DNA of 64,000 bases. It comes from an uncultured bacterium. Its GTDB lineage: Bacteria > Babelota > Babeliae > Babelales > JACPOV01. Below the pieces are notes generated by a model, which was not told the DNA's origin, searched no databases, and was given only the letters and a program-made list of their open reading frames with translations. The stretch is taken from contig CAVUUR010000004.1 in assembly GCA_963744715.1 (NCBI GenBank), positions 1 through 64,000 on the forward strand, written 5' to 3'. The translations under genes were made by a program, and so were the position numbers. This document shows, piece after piece, positions 10,567-21,800 of this stretch (position 1 is its first letter; the number at the start of each line of letters is the position of its first letter).

Positions 10567-11283
10567 CTATTTTGGCAATAAACCAATTAAACGGATAGGA
10601 GATTCTACGGCACCATTGATCTTAAGAGGTAATGCAATAACATACGCATTAGTAGGCGGCATGCTTTCAAGATTAGCTACATTTTCAATAATATATTTTC
10701 CAGCGCCCAGTAAAAGTTTATGCACTGGCGCATCGCCCGTAAATTGGTCTGGTGAAAATGTATCGATACCGATGCCAACAACGTCACGTTCTAAAAGAAG
10801 TTTTGCAACTTCTTGAGACACGAAAGGACAACGCGGAATTCCATTTTTTTCATTCCGAAAAGCAATTGGATTATTCCAGCGTTTTGACCAACCTGTTGCA
10901 AAAAAAACCAAGGAGCCTTTTTTGATTGTTCCATAAGAATGTTCAAATTGTTGCACATCATCAACGCAGATAGCATAATTTTCATCTGCTTTTGAGGTTA
11001 CATCAATAACGTATGCAGGCACCACACTATTTTCTATGTTCATACTGGCACAATCCGCCGATCCTTCATAACAATGTGCAGGAGAATCTAAATGTGTTCC
11101 AAGACAAGATCGCATAGTAAATTTTTGTCCACGAAATCCTCCGTTATTATAATCCCCTGTTAATTCTGATGAAAATCCACAACTACCATCCCATACACAA
11201 ACATTTTCATCAATTATGTGCGTTAAATCAACTACCTGAAAAGTAGAAATACCTGCTATAAAAGCCAGATTCAGTATATTCAT
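10567..11283 (-). CDS. Cyclase family protein (kynurenine formamidase-like)
   Basis: GTHLDSPAH, GIDTFSPD, H..LL and IIEN motifs; start placed at ATG 11283 behind AAAGGA. Confidence 0.9.
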   Translation of the reverse strand: MNILNLAFIAGISTFQVVDLTHIIDENVCVWDGSCGFSSELTGDYNNGGFRGQKFTMRSCLGTHLDSPAHCYEGSADCASMNIENSVVPAYVIDVTSKADENYAICVDDVQQFEHSYGTIKKGSLVFFATGWSKRWNNPIAFRNEKNGIPRCPFVSQEVAKLLLERDVVGIGIDTFSPDQFTGDAPVHKLLLGAGKYIIENVANLESMPPTNAYVIALPLKINGAVESPIRLIGLLPK

Positions 11284-11682
11284 ACTAAGTAATTCCTTTC
11301 TGAAAGAATCAAAAACTACATTATTTTGTGATAAAATCAAAAATGAGTATAGCAAGAAATTACTTAGAGTAAAATTTTTGCACCACCTACATTAGCGCAT
11401 GATATTTGTGAAAAATATACTATTTTTGGCCCAGAAACTGGGTACATTACTCAGCAAAAAAAATCTACAGCCAAGTCTTGGCTATCAAGAAGTTATCTCC
11501 TAAACCAAAATAATGAGCATTGTTACTGCACGGGCATATTTAAAAATATGACCCCATTGAGATTCATTTTTTTATAACTATCAGAAAATGACTTTAAAAT
11601 AGCCATATTTTATAATTTTAATTAAACTATACTAATGATACAATTGTATAATATTAATACATTATATGCGGAAAAACAACCT

Positions 11683-12411
11683 ATGAATTTTATTACAAAA
11701 CTTTCACTATGTATGTTTCTGGTATGGAATAGTTCACAGGGCATGATTTCTAATTTATATGAACCATTTTCAAAAATAATAGGCCAAAAGAGCTTTGCGC
11801 GTATCGCTGGTATCTGCCCTGCATTATTCAAGCAAGAAGGTGTATCTTATGCAAAAATATTTTTCGCAACGTCAATAGGCCTTGCAGGCTTATGGCTTTT
11901 GAAAGAAAAAATCATAATAGACGAACGAAACGCTTATGTTGCCAATATCAACAATATGCGCATATCTCCCATGACTCAAGAAGATCTAGAATATTGGCAA
12001 AAAGAATACCTCACGATACCTTACAATGATCCGCTTATTAGATTATTAATTCCCTTTGAAGAACTAAGCTGGAAAGGTATACCTGACGTTCCTCTATCAT
12101 GCTTGCATAATATTATGAATGGTTCTGCTCAATACATAATTGTGCCAAGAAGTTTACTAGAAAAAATCTTATGCAGTCCTGTGCATATATATGTAAAAAA
12201 GCAGACTATACTCAACAATTTAAAGGATCTCAATCGGAAATTTAAAAAAAATAGTTTTACGTTCAATGGCGCAGATCATAATTTTATAAAAAACTTTGCA
12301 TATCTAGAAACAAAAGGCTTAGTAAGGAGAACTTCGAATTGTGCTGGTGACGCAGCCTCTGTTTATACTAAGGGACCAAATTTTCCATTAACCCTTTTAC
12401 CTCCTGAATAG
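11683..12411 (+). CDS. Secreted hypothetical protein
   Basis: Long ORF; ATG 11683 gives a signal peptide ending SQG-M. Confidence 0.55.
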   Translation: MNFITKLSLCMFLVWNSSQGMISNLYEPFSKIIGQKSFARIAGICPALFKQEGVSYAKIFFATSIGLAGLWLLKEKIIIDERNAYVANINNMRISPMTQEDLEYWQKEYLTIPYNDPLIRLLIPFEELSWKGIPDVPLSCLHNIMNGSAQYIIVPRSLLEKILCSPVHIYVKKQTILNNLKDLNRKFKKNSFTFNGADHNFIKNFAYLETKGLVRRTSNCAGDAASVYTKGPNFPLTLLPPE

Positions 12412-12494
12412 TTAGAAATGTTGTTAATTGAAAGATTTGCATCACACGTGTAATGTTTTTGTGACAACATATGCGTTGAAAAAAGAAACACGGC

Positions 12495-13277
12495 ATGAAA
12501 AGATTATACAAAAATTCAAATATCACTATAGACGGACCGATGCTCGATAAGGTTAAAGTCAATTTTGCTGATGCCATTGATTTTAATCAATATCCTTTTT
12601 GTTTACCTATAATAAAAAATTTGAAAGATAAGGATATCGAATTTCCGACGAACGTAACTTTTTTTGTTGGTGAAAACGGAAGTGGTAAATCAACTATTCT
12701 TGAAGCGCTCGCTCATCAAATCGGTTTCGGGCCAGAGGGTGGCAGCAAAAATATTAATTTCAAAACATCCCAAGAAAAAACATACGTAGCCGCACAACAT
12801 TTGGCCGAACAACTCACACTTTCTTGGCGCATGAAACCACGCCATGGCTATTTTTTTAGGGCAGAAAGCTTTTTTAACGTTGCTAATTATATCGATTATT
12901 TAGGACCTGATTTATATCCCTATTATGGAGGGAAATCACTGCATGAACAATCACACGGCGAGAGTTTTCTGGCATTTTTCAAACACCGTTTAGGCACCGG
13001 CGGATTTTTTATATTTGATGAACCTGAAGCCGCACTTTCACCACAACGTCAACTATCATTATTGGTTATTATCAATGAACTGTGCAACAATGGCAACACG
13101 CAATTTATTATTGCAACACACTCACCACTACTCTTGGCATACCCGCATGCGACCATTTATTCTTGTGACTCAGGCGTTCTTGAAAAAATTGCCTATACTG
13201 ACACCATGCATTATCAGATTACCAAACGCTTTTTGGATAATCCTGATGCCTATTTCCAACACTTATTTAAAGACTAA
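12495..13277 (+). CDS. ABC-type/AAA ATPase (COG3910-like, stand-alone)
   Basis: Walker A GENGSGKST, FFRAES, QSHGE, Walker B IFDEPEAALSP and IIATHSP. Confidence 0.9.
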   Translation: MKRLYKNSNITIDGPMLDKVKVNFADAIDFNQYPFCLPIIKNLKDKDIEFPTNVTFFVGENGSGKSTILEALAHQIGFGPEGGSKNINFKTSQEKTYVAAQHLAEQLTLSWRMKPRHGYFFRAESFFNVANYIDYLGPDLYPYYGGKSLHEQSHGESFLAFFKHRLGTGGFFIFDEPEAALSPQRQLSLLVIINELCNNGNTQFIIATHSPLLLAYPHATIYSCDSGVLEKIAYTDTMHYQITKRFLDNPDAYFQHLFKD

Positions 13278-13341
13278 TATTTGAATATCAAATAATTTAA
13301 AGATAAATTTTTACGAGCCTCTTTAAATAAATTCAAATTTA

Positions 13342-13614
13342 TTACCGTTGACACTGTGGCGCTTCGGTAGTTTTTTGTTCACCTGCATTACCCAAACGGG
13401 AGGCCTTAAGAAATTTTTTAATTCTATCAAATTCTTCTTGGGTAACGATAATAGAGCAACGATTATTATCAGCTTGTATTGTAGTTTTTTCCAGTACCAA
13501 TGTGCGGCTGTTGTCTTGTTCTTTATTAGTCCTCTGTTGTTTTTCTGCTTCCATGGCATGTATTGAATCTAATACAACTAGATTTAATAGCAATACTATT
13601 CTCTTAATGTTCAT
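13342..13614 (-). CDS. Small secreted hypothetical protein
   Basis: AAGGAG RBS; signal peptide ending IHA-ME. Confidence 0.6.
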   Translation of the reverse strand: MNIKRIVLLLNLVVLDSIHAMEAEKQQRTNKEQDNSRTLVLEKTTIQADNNRCSIIVTQEEFDRIKKFLKASRLGNAGEQKTTEAPQCQR

Positions 13615-13765
13615 ATAATCTCCTTAGAAAATGTTACGTATAAATGAAAGAAAATTTTTTCGTTGATTCTATAGTAAAAAACACAAGTTACAACTACCAA
13701 ACAGATGAACATACTAGAAAAAGATTAATTTTTTTCTATATTGCCAATCAATTATTGAATATTTC

Positions 13766-14641
13766 TCAAAACTTCCATCCAAGATTAAAAGCAATAAAAA
13801 TCTTATCCTTTGTTTGGTTACCAAAAAGATGTTGGTATACATTTACTGCTACGGTTCCTTGTCCTATAAAGTGTTGCGTTGAAAACCAGAGTGATGGACA
13901 AATTAAAATGCCATTGCCACCAGAATTTGGATCAATAACGCCATTAATTTTATCTCTTTGGCGTAACAAACCACTAAATTCAACCATCCACATAAAGATC
14001 CATTCATTTGATGAATAGGCGATATTTTTACCAATACCGGCCTGATAAAGAAGCATATTGCCAAATTTTGTATGATGTTTATTTTTCGTTGGTAAAAGAA
14101 CTGCGGGTGACATATAAAAAAACCAATCAATTCCCGTATAACTTGCAGTAGTACCCAGAAAAAAAGCTATGGACCCAAATCCGGTAGGCGGAATTTTCCT
14201 GTCAGAACCAAAGGGTAATATCAGTGAAGTTACCGTAGTTATTTGCTTGGTTGAGGTTTTTCCTTCACGGTTGTATGGTGCGTATTCTAATTGCACCAGA
14301 AGATCTTGTATACCAGATGAATGTTGATTTTTCATACGAAAATCTATTGCAATAGGCCATTCAATAAAAATTGAAAGATTGTCTCTAATCCCATACAAAA
14401 TACTTGGTGCAACTTCAGTAAAACTTTTACGCCTACCAATTAAAGAATCCGGAAACATAAATACCAAAAAATCATGCTTCTCAACGATGTTTTGACCAAA
14501 ACCAACAAGTGGCCCGGGTTGTTGTGATTCCGGTAACGCTAGATTTCCCTCTTTTAATTGTTCCTTTTCTCCTTCTGTTTTTTCATCGGCGAATAGAGTA
14601 AAAAAAATAACACATAAAAAAATTAATTTTTTTATGTACAA
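13766..14641 (-). CDS. Putative outer-membrane beta-barrel (MetA/phenol-degradation transporter-like)
   Basis: TTG start behind AAGGAGAGG; signal peptide, alternating beta-strand pattern, C-terminal NLGWKF. Confidence 0.65.
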   Translation of the reverse strand: MYIKKLIFLCVIFFTLFADEKTEGEKEQLKEGNLALPESQQPGPLVGFGQNIVEKHDFLVFMFPDSLIGRRKSFTEVAPSILYGIRDNLSIFIEWPIAIDFRMKNQHSSGIQDLLVQLEYAPYNREGKTSTKQITTVTSLILPFGSDRKIPPTGFGSIAFFLGTTASYTGIDWFFYMSPAVLLPTKNKHHTKFGNMLLYQAGIGKNIAYSSNEWIFMWMVEFSGLLRQRDKINGVIDPNSGGNGILICPSLWFSTQHFIGQGTVAVNVYQHLFGNQTKDKIFIAFNLGWKF

Positions 14642-14678
14642 GCCCTCTCCTTGAGAAAAATTATGTATATTTTCTTTT

Positions 14679-15092
14679 TTAACGATCACTATGTATTATT
14701 TCTGTTAATCGCACTAAGGAGTACGCACCTACAGCAATAACAAAATCGCGTACGGCATCATCATAATATAAACCATAACCCATGGAAATTAAATCAATCA
14801 CTATACATAATTGAAGAATCAATGCAAGATACGCGCCGAGCCTGGTTGCTTTAGTTAGTATCATGAACCCAATAATAATTTCAAAAATGCCAAGCATGTA
14901 CATAAAATGCATTACAGAAATTGGCAAATATGGCAGTAACAAAGGGCTAATATATTTTTCCCAATGTTCAAGAATATTAAAAAATTTATCGATACCAACC
15001 ACAATAAACATCAGGCCATAGGTAATTTTAAGCACATACCATAGTGACCTTAATTTCATTTCACGAACTGTCATTGCATTCATTCTACTCAC
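14679..15092 (-). CDS. DoxX-family membrane protein
   Basis: Four hydrophobic segments; G.DKFFN..W..Y, G.FEI..G and YD.AVRD motifs. Confidence 0.75.
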   Translation of the reverse strand: MSRMNAMTVREMKLRSLWYVLKITYGLMFIVVGIDKFFNILEHWEKYISPLLLPYLPISVMHFMYMLGIFEIIIGFMILTKATRLGAYLALILQLCIVIDLISMGYGLYYDDAVRDFVIAVGAYSLVRLTEIIHSDR

Positions 15093-15238
15093 CCGAAACG
15101 ATAAAAATTTGAAAAGAGTTTAAAAAATAGACTATCAAACCGCTAACCAACATTCAAGGATAAAAAAATGATCTCTATTGACTAGCATACTCTCTGCAAA
15201 AACATCATTATTTATCGAGTTATTAGCAATATGGGTAT

Positions 15239-16225
15239 TTAAACCTGAAATTCATATACATTGCCCACTTTGTTTTGAGCAACAATAGAATTCCCCGCCC
15301 ATGAAAGGAAGGTGATAGGTGAACTTTGTTCGAAAACATATTTCATCGTTGGGTTTTTTAAAACTATTTTTTTTGATAATTCCATTTGCGCAGGAATATC
15401 CCAAACCATTACTTCAGCTTCATCAGTTCCTGTAATAACATTGTTGCCGGAAAGGTTAAATGCAACTGACATAACGTTATTGGAATGTATAAGTTTTGCT
15501 ACACATGCGTCGATTTCATCTTTCTTAATATTCCATATTCGTACGCTGTGATCTGCACAAGCGGATGCCACACGATGAGTTGCCGCATGAGAAGACAAAC
15601 AATGCACATTACCCCCTTTATGCACCTTCAATCTTTTTGTAATAATACCGGTACTATCGGCTATTTTTATAACAGGCTTACTTTCATTAGAAAAATTAGT
15701 AAAAACGATTGCATTATCCACCAAGCAGATTATTTTGTCCGCACCATAATGGGTAATAAAGTCAGTAGATTGTTGTTCTTCCAAAAATTTCAATTTCTTT
15801 ATGCCATCAAGCTCAGCAATAAGTAATTCTTGATTATTCAAAAATAATAACGGAGTTCCGTCCATATATTGTGTAATTTTTGCAACTTCTTTATTAGACT
15901 CACTGTCAAAGATTTTTATATAATCGGCACAACGGAGTGCCACATATTTTGCATTGGGTGATAATGCTACAGCACGTATAGGATCCTCGGGTAAAAAGGC
16001 GATTTGCTTTTTCTTACTGCTTTTATCTTTAATACACAACGATTTATTTTTTGAGATAATAAAAGAACTGCTATCGGGACTAACGGCAAGAAATCCGAAT
16101 AAAGAACGTATAGCTGTTGGTTCTTTAAGATTTTGTTCAGATGGTAAAGCAAGCTGACTGTCATCCATTGAATATACTGATTGCATAATGGCAGACAAAA
16201 CAATTACTATTATTTTTTTATTCAT
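15239..16225 (-). CDS. Secreted WD40-repeat protein
   Basis: Signal peptide; SACADHSVRIWN and ITGTDEAEVMVWD repeats. Confidence 0.85.
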   Translation of the reverse strand: MNKKIIVIVLSAIMQSVYSMDDSQLALPSEQNLKEPTAIRSLFGFLAVSPDSSSFIISKNKSLCIKDKSSKKKQIAFLPEDPIRAVALSPNAKYVALRCADYIKIFDSESNKEVAKITQYMDGTPLLFLNNQELLIAELDGIKKLKFLEEQQSTDFITHYGADKIICLVDNAIVFTNFSNESKPVIKIADSTGIITKRLKVHKGGNVHCLSSHAATHRVASACADHSVRIWNIKKDEIDACVAKLIHSNNVMSVAFNLSGNNVITGTDEAEVMVWDIPAQMELSKKIVLKNPTMKYVFEQSSPITFLSWAGNSIVAQNKVGNVYEFQV

Positions 16226-16372
16226 GAGAGATTGTTCCTACACTGTTTTAAAGAATATTTGTTTGCAATTTCTAATGGTAAATAATTTAGTTAATTGCCT
16301 TATTTGTTATATAAAAATTTAATTTTATTTTTTACACAAGTCAACTATATTCACGTGTAGTGCATTGCGATG

Positions 16373-17629
16373 TTATTGATTAACATCACGAATAGATTCA
16401 AGGATGGCATTTAAATCTGAAGACCATGTATACACTCTGCCACAGGCGTCTTTAGTAATTATGCAACTCTTTGCCCATGAAACAAAGGTAATGCGACAGT
16501 TATCCTTAAAAATGTATTTAATTTTTGCCGTTGAAATTATTTTTCGTGAGCGAGATCCCTTTGGCTTCTCCCAAATATATACGGCATGATCATCTCTTGT
16601 CATGCCGGTAATAACCTTACTGCCATAGGGGCTAAAGCCTACTGAGTCCACTACATAAGGATGTTTAAATTCCACGATACATGCATCATCTGCTATTTTT
16701 TTTATATCCCATATTCGCACGCTGCGATCTTCAGATGCCGACGCCAAACAGTGAGTGTGTACATTAAAAGATAGATAATTTATATTTCCTGTATGCCCTT
16801 TTAATTTTTTTTCAATGGCACCTGAGTGAGTTACTATCTTTATAACTGGCTGGTTTTTACTGCAAAAGTTGGTAAAAATAATTTTTCTCCCCGCTAAACA
16901 TAATAGTTTTTCAATTCCGTTGTGAACAATAAGATCACGAATTTCTGTCCCCTTTTTAAATTCCCATTTTTTTATACTCGCATAAGTAGGAATAAGCAAT
17001 GCAGAATTGTTTAAAAATAAGGTAAACCGCTCTACGTCTTCATGTATTTTTTTGGTTTCTAGCGTTGCAATTTCTTTAGTTGATACACTATCATACATGG
17101 TTATGCAATCAGGATATCGTATCGCTACATGTTCTCCATCCGGTGATAATGCTACATGAAATACCGTATTAATTGTTGGAATGGATGCTATGACTCCGTT
17201 GCTTCTATTTTTTACAGATATGGATTGTTCTTCTTTAATCAAAAAACGAGTATGATCATTATTAACAGTACAGAGATTAGCTAACACCGTTCTTAACAGT
17301 GGTTTTTGCGCAATATTAATCGGTTGTTTATTATACTTTATTATCTTTGCAATCAAATCTGACGGAATATCTTTAATAAAGGTTTTAACCTTCTCTTTTG
17401 TTTGCTCATCCTGCCAATTAATTCCATCAGAAGATTCCTGTTTAAGGTATTTTTCGATAACGCTCGGTATCTTTTTTATACACAATTTTCGAAGTGAGGC
17501 AACCTTAAATATTTTTTGTTCTGAAACTTCCTGAGTAGGTTCTAATGGTGTGTTGAAGCAGTGCGTTAAATCCATTGCATATGCTGGTGATGCACTAATA
17601 AAAATAATAATGAACGCTATTTTGCGCAT
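16373..17629 (-). CDS. Secreted WD40-repeat protein with BC-box-like motif
   Basis: Signal peptide, VASLRKLCIKKI, then GHTG...SASEDRSVRIWD. Confidence 0.85.
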   Translation of the reverse strand: MRKIAFIIIFISASPAYAMDLTHCFNTPLEPTQEVSEQKIFKVASLRKLCIKKIPSVIEKYLKQESSDGINWQDEQTKEKVKTFIKDIPSDLIAKIIKYNKQPINIAQKPLLRTVLANLCTVNNDHTRFLIKEEQSISVKNRSNGVIASIPTINTVFHVALSPDGEHVAIRYPDCITMYDSVSTKEIATLETKKIHEDVERFTLFLNNSALLIPTYASIKKWEFKKGTEIRDLIVHNGIEKLLCLAGRKIIFTNFCSKNQPVIKIVTHSGAIEKKLKGHTGNINYLSFNVHTHCLASASEDRSVRIWDIKKIADDACIVEFKHPYVVDSVGFSPYGSKVITGMTRDDHAVYIWEKPKGSRSRKIISTAKIKYIFKDNCRITFVSWAKSCIITKDACGRVYTWSSDLNAILESIRDVNQ

Positions 17630-17877
17630 AACAACATTTCCCCGTTTTACAGCTAACTAATACAAGGATCAGTATAAATAACGAATCGCTTAACGCAATG
17701 AGATCTTTTTGGTTAAAAATTTGTGGTTATTTTTAGAGACAAAAAATAATTTTCGTTATTAATATTATTAATTGGCTTCTTCAATTTTTGAACTGAGATT
17801 CCCGTTGTTCAACTAAAGGGGACAAATGCGCAATGCGTTCAAACACCTTCTTCTCAATATTTTTTTTCAGTGCATAA

Positions 17878-18564
17878 CTAAGCGGATTTCCCGGAAAGTA
17901 GCTTCAGAAGTGCCTGCGCTGCGGCTGCCGATGATGCAGGATTCTGCCCGGTAACCAGGCGACCATCAACGACCACAAAACTCTTCCAATCAGCTGCCTT
18001 CTCATAGAGACCACCCAGTCTCTTCAACTCATCTTCGACAAGAAATGGCACAACCTTGGTCAGGTGAACAGCTTCCTCTTCACCGTTAGTAAAACCGGTC
18101 ACGCGCTTGCCCTTCACAATTGGTGCTCCCTTATAGGTTACACGATGAAGTACACCGGGCGCATGACAAACTGCAGCAACCGGCTTGTCAGCATTGTAGA
18201 ACGACTCGATCAAAGCAATTGAATGCGCATTGTCAACAAGATCCCACATTGGGCCGTGCCCGCCGACATAGAACACCGCGTCAAAATCTTTCGCATTCAC
18301 ATCGGCCAGTTTGACCGTTCCAGAAAGTGCCTTTTGCGCCGCCTGATCCTGCTTGAATCGCGTCATTGCCGGAGTCTGACTTTCTGGCAGATCACTCTTG
18401 GGGTCAATCGGTGGTTGACCGCCCTTAGGTGAGGCCAACGTCAGCTCAACGCCAGCGTCACGGAATACATAATAAGGGGCCGCGAATTCCTCAAGCCAGA
18501 AGCCGGTCTTGCGACCAGTATTTCCCAGTTGATCGTGGGATGTCAGTACCATAAGTATCTTCAT
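17878..18564 (-). CDS. DJ-1/PfpI (ThiJ) family type 1 glutamine amidotransferase-like protein
   Basis: MKILMVLTSH, GFWLEE, GGHGPMWD, AVCHAP and TGQNPAS motifs; GGAG RBS; visibly GC-rich. Confidence 0.92.
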   Translation of the reverse strand: MKILMVLTSHDQLGNTGRKTGFWLEEFAAPYYVFRDAGVELTLASPKGGQPPIDPKSDLPESQTPAMTRFKQDQAAQKALSGTVKLADVNAKDFDAVFYVGGHGPMWDLVDNAHSIALIESFYNADKPVAAVCHAPGVLHRVTYKGAPIVKGKRVTGFTNGEEEAVHLTKVVPFLVEDELKRLGGLYEKAADWKSFVVVDGRLVTGQNPASSAAAAQALLKLLSGKSA

Positions 18565-18591
18565 ATTCTTTTCTCCGCTCAATGGAAATTA

Positions 18592-18674
18592 ATTCAATAT
18601 CATCTCAGAAACATTAAAACACTCCGATTGATAATTATCATATGCAACGACTCTATTACAATAATTTGTTATGG
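18592..18674 (+). repeat. 83-bp direct repeat copy A (pairs with 32987-33068), contains palindrome TGATAATTATCA
   Basis: Manual alignment, about 90% identical to 32987-33068. Confidence 0.9.
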
Positions 18675-18898
18675 GATTAGAGAGATTGCCTCTATAGTTC
18701 TATAAACACTATTTCTTAGAATTTTTATACCGTATCAAGAAAGTTATTTTGCAGTGTAAATCGAATCAACTGAATTATGAGTTTCAAGCCTTTGCATCAA
18801 ATAGAGTTTTTTGAAACTTGCTAAACTATTCCTGAAGCGCTTGAATCTTGGCAAAAATAATTTGACTATCTCATATTATTTTTAAACTACGTGCATTA

Positions 18899-21800
18899 TC
18901 ATCCGCGTGAATACCGAAACCAAGAGTTCACTGAAGAAACATACATATAGGTGACTGCGTTACCATTTGCTGTTGCAGTAGGAGCGGCGCCAGCATTTAA
19001 TCCGGTAAAAGGACTCACAATTGTTGCACCGCCAGTTCCACCATTCAAAGCAGTAAAGGTTATACTATTTGTTGTCCCCAACATGACCGTAAAAATCTGG
19101 CCATCAATAGGACTTGGTGGAAAATTAATAGTTAATCCTGTTCTAGTTGCCGTAGTAGTTAATAATAGCAATGAGATACCACTGGTAACGGTTACTGTCT
19201 GATTATTCGCTGTTACTGCAAATGTTTGTGTTGCTTGACTTGCATAAATGTTTTTTACCGCTAACGCTGCGATCGCATTGATTGCAATCGTGCTAATATT
19301 CATCTGTTCAACCCCATTTGTATCAAATGATAAGGTATTGGCAGTCTGCGCAGTAATACCTGTATTAGTACTACCAGTAAATTGTAATGAAGGACTTGCT
19401 GTTGTCCCCGCAGGTAATACTAAAGTACCAGTCATGGTATCACCCGCTTTAAGCACATTCAGAGATGCTGCACCAACCAAAGCTGCTGTAATAGTACCTG
19501 CAGAGAAATTTCCTGAAGCATCACGTGCAACGATGGCACTTGGGGTATTGGCATTCGTTGCAGTTGTGGCAGAATTGGACACTTTGCCAGCAGTAACAAG
19601 GGTAGCCAATTTTGAATCAGTAATGGCAGCGGATGCACTCACATCGGCGTTGACAATGAGTGAAGTAGATAAATTACCTGAAGCATCAGTATGCACAACC
19701 CCTGCACTATTTAATCCATCAATAGTGACAACACCTGCTGATGAGATTTTCATACGCTCAGCGCCCGCAGTGCTTATCGAAAGTGTATCAGTCGTAGCTG
19801 CAGAAAAACCGGTCTTTGTACTTCCGGTGAAATTTAATGACGGGGTGCTCACTGCTCCAGCAGGCAGTTGCAGTGCACCGGTCATAGTATCACCAGCTTT
19901 CAAAACATTTAAGGATGCTGCTCCAGTTAAGCTTGCAGTTATTGTGCCAGCGGAAAAATTGCCCGAGGCGTCTCTTCGTACAATCGTGCTTGCAGTATTA
20001 TTTGCAGTCGCAGCATTTGCAGCAACCGTTGCTGAGGCAACGTTTGAAGCAGTTTGACCACCGACGGTAGAGACCACGGTTGCACTTTGTGTGCCAGTCA
20101 CATCACCAACTAATGATCCGGTAAAGTTAGTAGCCGTTGTTGCCGACGTTGCACTTGTGGCATTACCGGAAAGGTTCCCAGTCACATTACCAGTAAGATT
20201 TGCGGTAATGGTACCCGCTGCAAAATTACCTGATGCATCCCGTTTAACGATCGTAGAAGGCGTATTGGTATTTGTTGCAGCATTTGCAGCAACCGTTGCC
20301 AAAGCAACATTTGCCGCAGTTTGACCGCCAACAGTACTAACGACCGTTGCACTTTGCGTACCCGTAACATCACCAACTAATGAACCGGTAAAATTAGTTG
20401 CTGAACTGGCAGAACCGGACAAATTTGCAGTAATTGTTCCTGCAGAAAAATTACCTGATGCATCACGTGCAACAATGGCACTTGCTGTATTAGTACTTGT
20501 TGCAGTCGTGGCAGAATTGGCCACTTTGCCAGCAGTGACAATGGTAGCCAATTTTGAATCAGTAATGGCAGCAGATGCACTCACATCGGCGTTGACAATG
20601 AGTGAGGTAGATAAGTTACCTGAAGCATCAGTATGCACAACCCCTGCACTATTTAATCCATCAATAGTGACAACGCCTGCTGATGAGATTTTCATACGCT
20701 CAGAGCCGGCAGTACTCATCGATAATGTGTCCGCAGTAGCTGCAGAAAAACCGGTCGTTGGACTTCCGGTGAAATTTAATGATGGAGTGCTCACTGCTCC
20801 AGCAGGCAGTTGTAGAGCACCAGTCATAGTATCACCAGCTTTCAAAACATTTAAGGATGCTGCTCCAATTAAGCTTGCAGTTATGGTGCCAGTAGAAAAA
20901 TTACCGGAAGCATCTCGTTTGACGATCGTAGAAGCCGTATTCGTACTTGTTGCAGCATTTGCAGCAACCGTTGCCAAAGCAACATTTGCCGCAGTCTGAC
21001 CGCCAACAGTACTAACAACCGTTGCACTTTGCGTACCCGTCACATCACCAACTAATGAACCGGTAAAATTAGTGGCTGAACTGGCAGAACCGGACAAATT
21101 TGCAGTAATTGTTCCTGCAGAAAAATTTCCTGAACTATCACGTGCAACGATCGAACTTGGCGTATTGGCACTTGTTGCAGTTGTGGCAGAATTGGCAACT
21201 TTGCCAGCAGTAGCAATGGTAGCTAATTTTGAATCAGTAATGGCAGCGGATGCGCTCACATCGGCGTTGACAATGAGTGAGGTAGATAAGTTACCTGAAG
21301 CATCAGTATGCACAACCCCTGCACTATTTAATCCATCAATAGTGACAACGCCTGCTGATGAGATTTTCATACGCTCAGAGCCGGCAGTACTCATCGATAA
21401 TGTGTCCGCAGTAGCTGCAGAAAAACCGGTCGTTGGACTTCCGGTGAAATTTAATGATGGAATGCTCACTGCTCCAGCAGGAAGTTGTAATGAACCGGTC
21501 ATCACATCACCAGCTTTCAAAACATTTAAGGATGCTGCTCCAGTTAAGCTTGCAGTTATGGTGCCAGTAGAAAAATTACCGGAAGCGTCTCGTTTGACGA
21601 TCGTAGAAGCCGTATTCGTACTTGTTGCAGCATTTGCAGCAACCGTTGCTGAAGCAACATTTGAAGCAGTTTGACCACCGACGGTAGAGACCACTGTTGC
21701 ACTTTGTGTGCCAGTCACATCACCCGATAATGAACCGGTAAAATTTGTAGCAGTTGTGGCCGAAGTTGCGCTCGTTGCATTGCCTGAAAGATTCCCAGTC

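Noticed and set aside
12495..13277. Anti-phage defence system ATPase
   Set aside because: No adjacent nuclease or other partner gene; it looks like a stand-alone COG3910-type ATPase.
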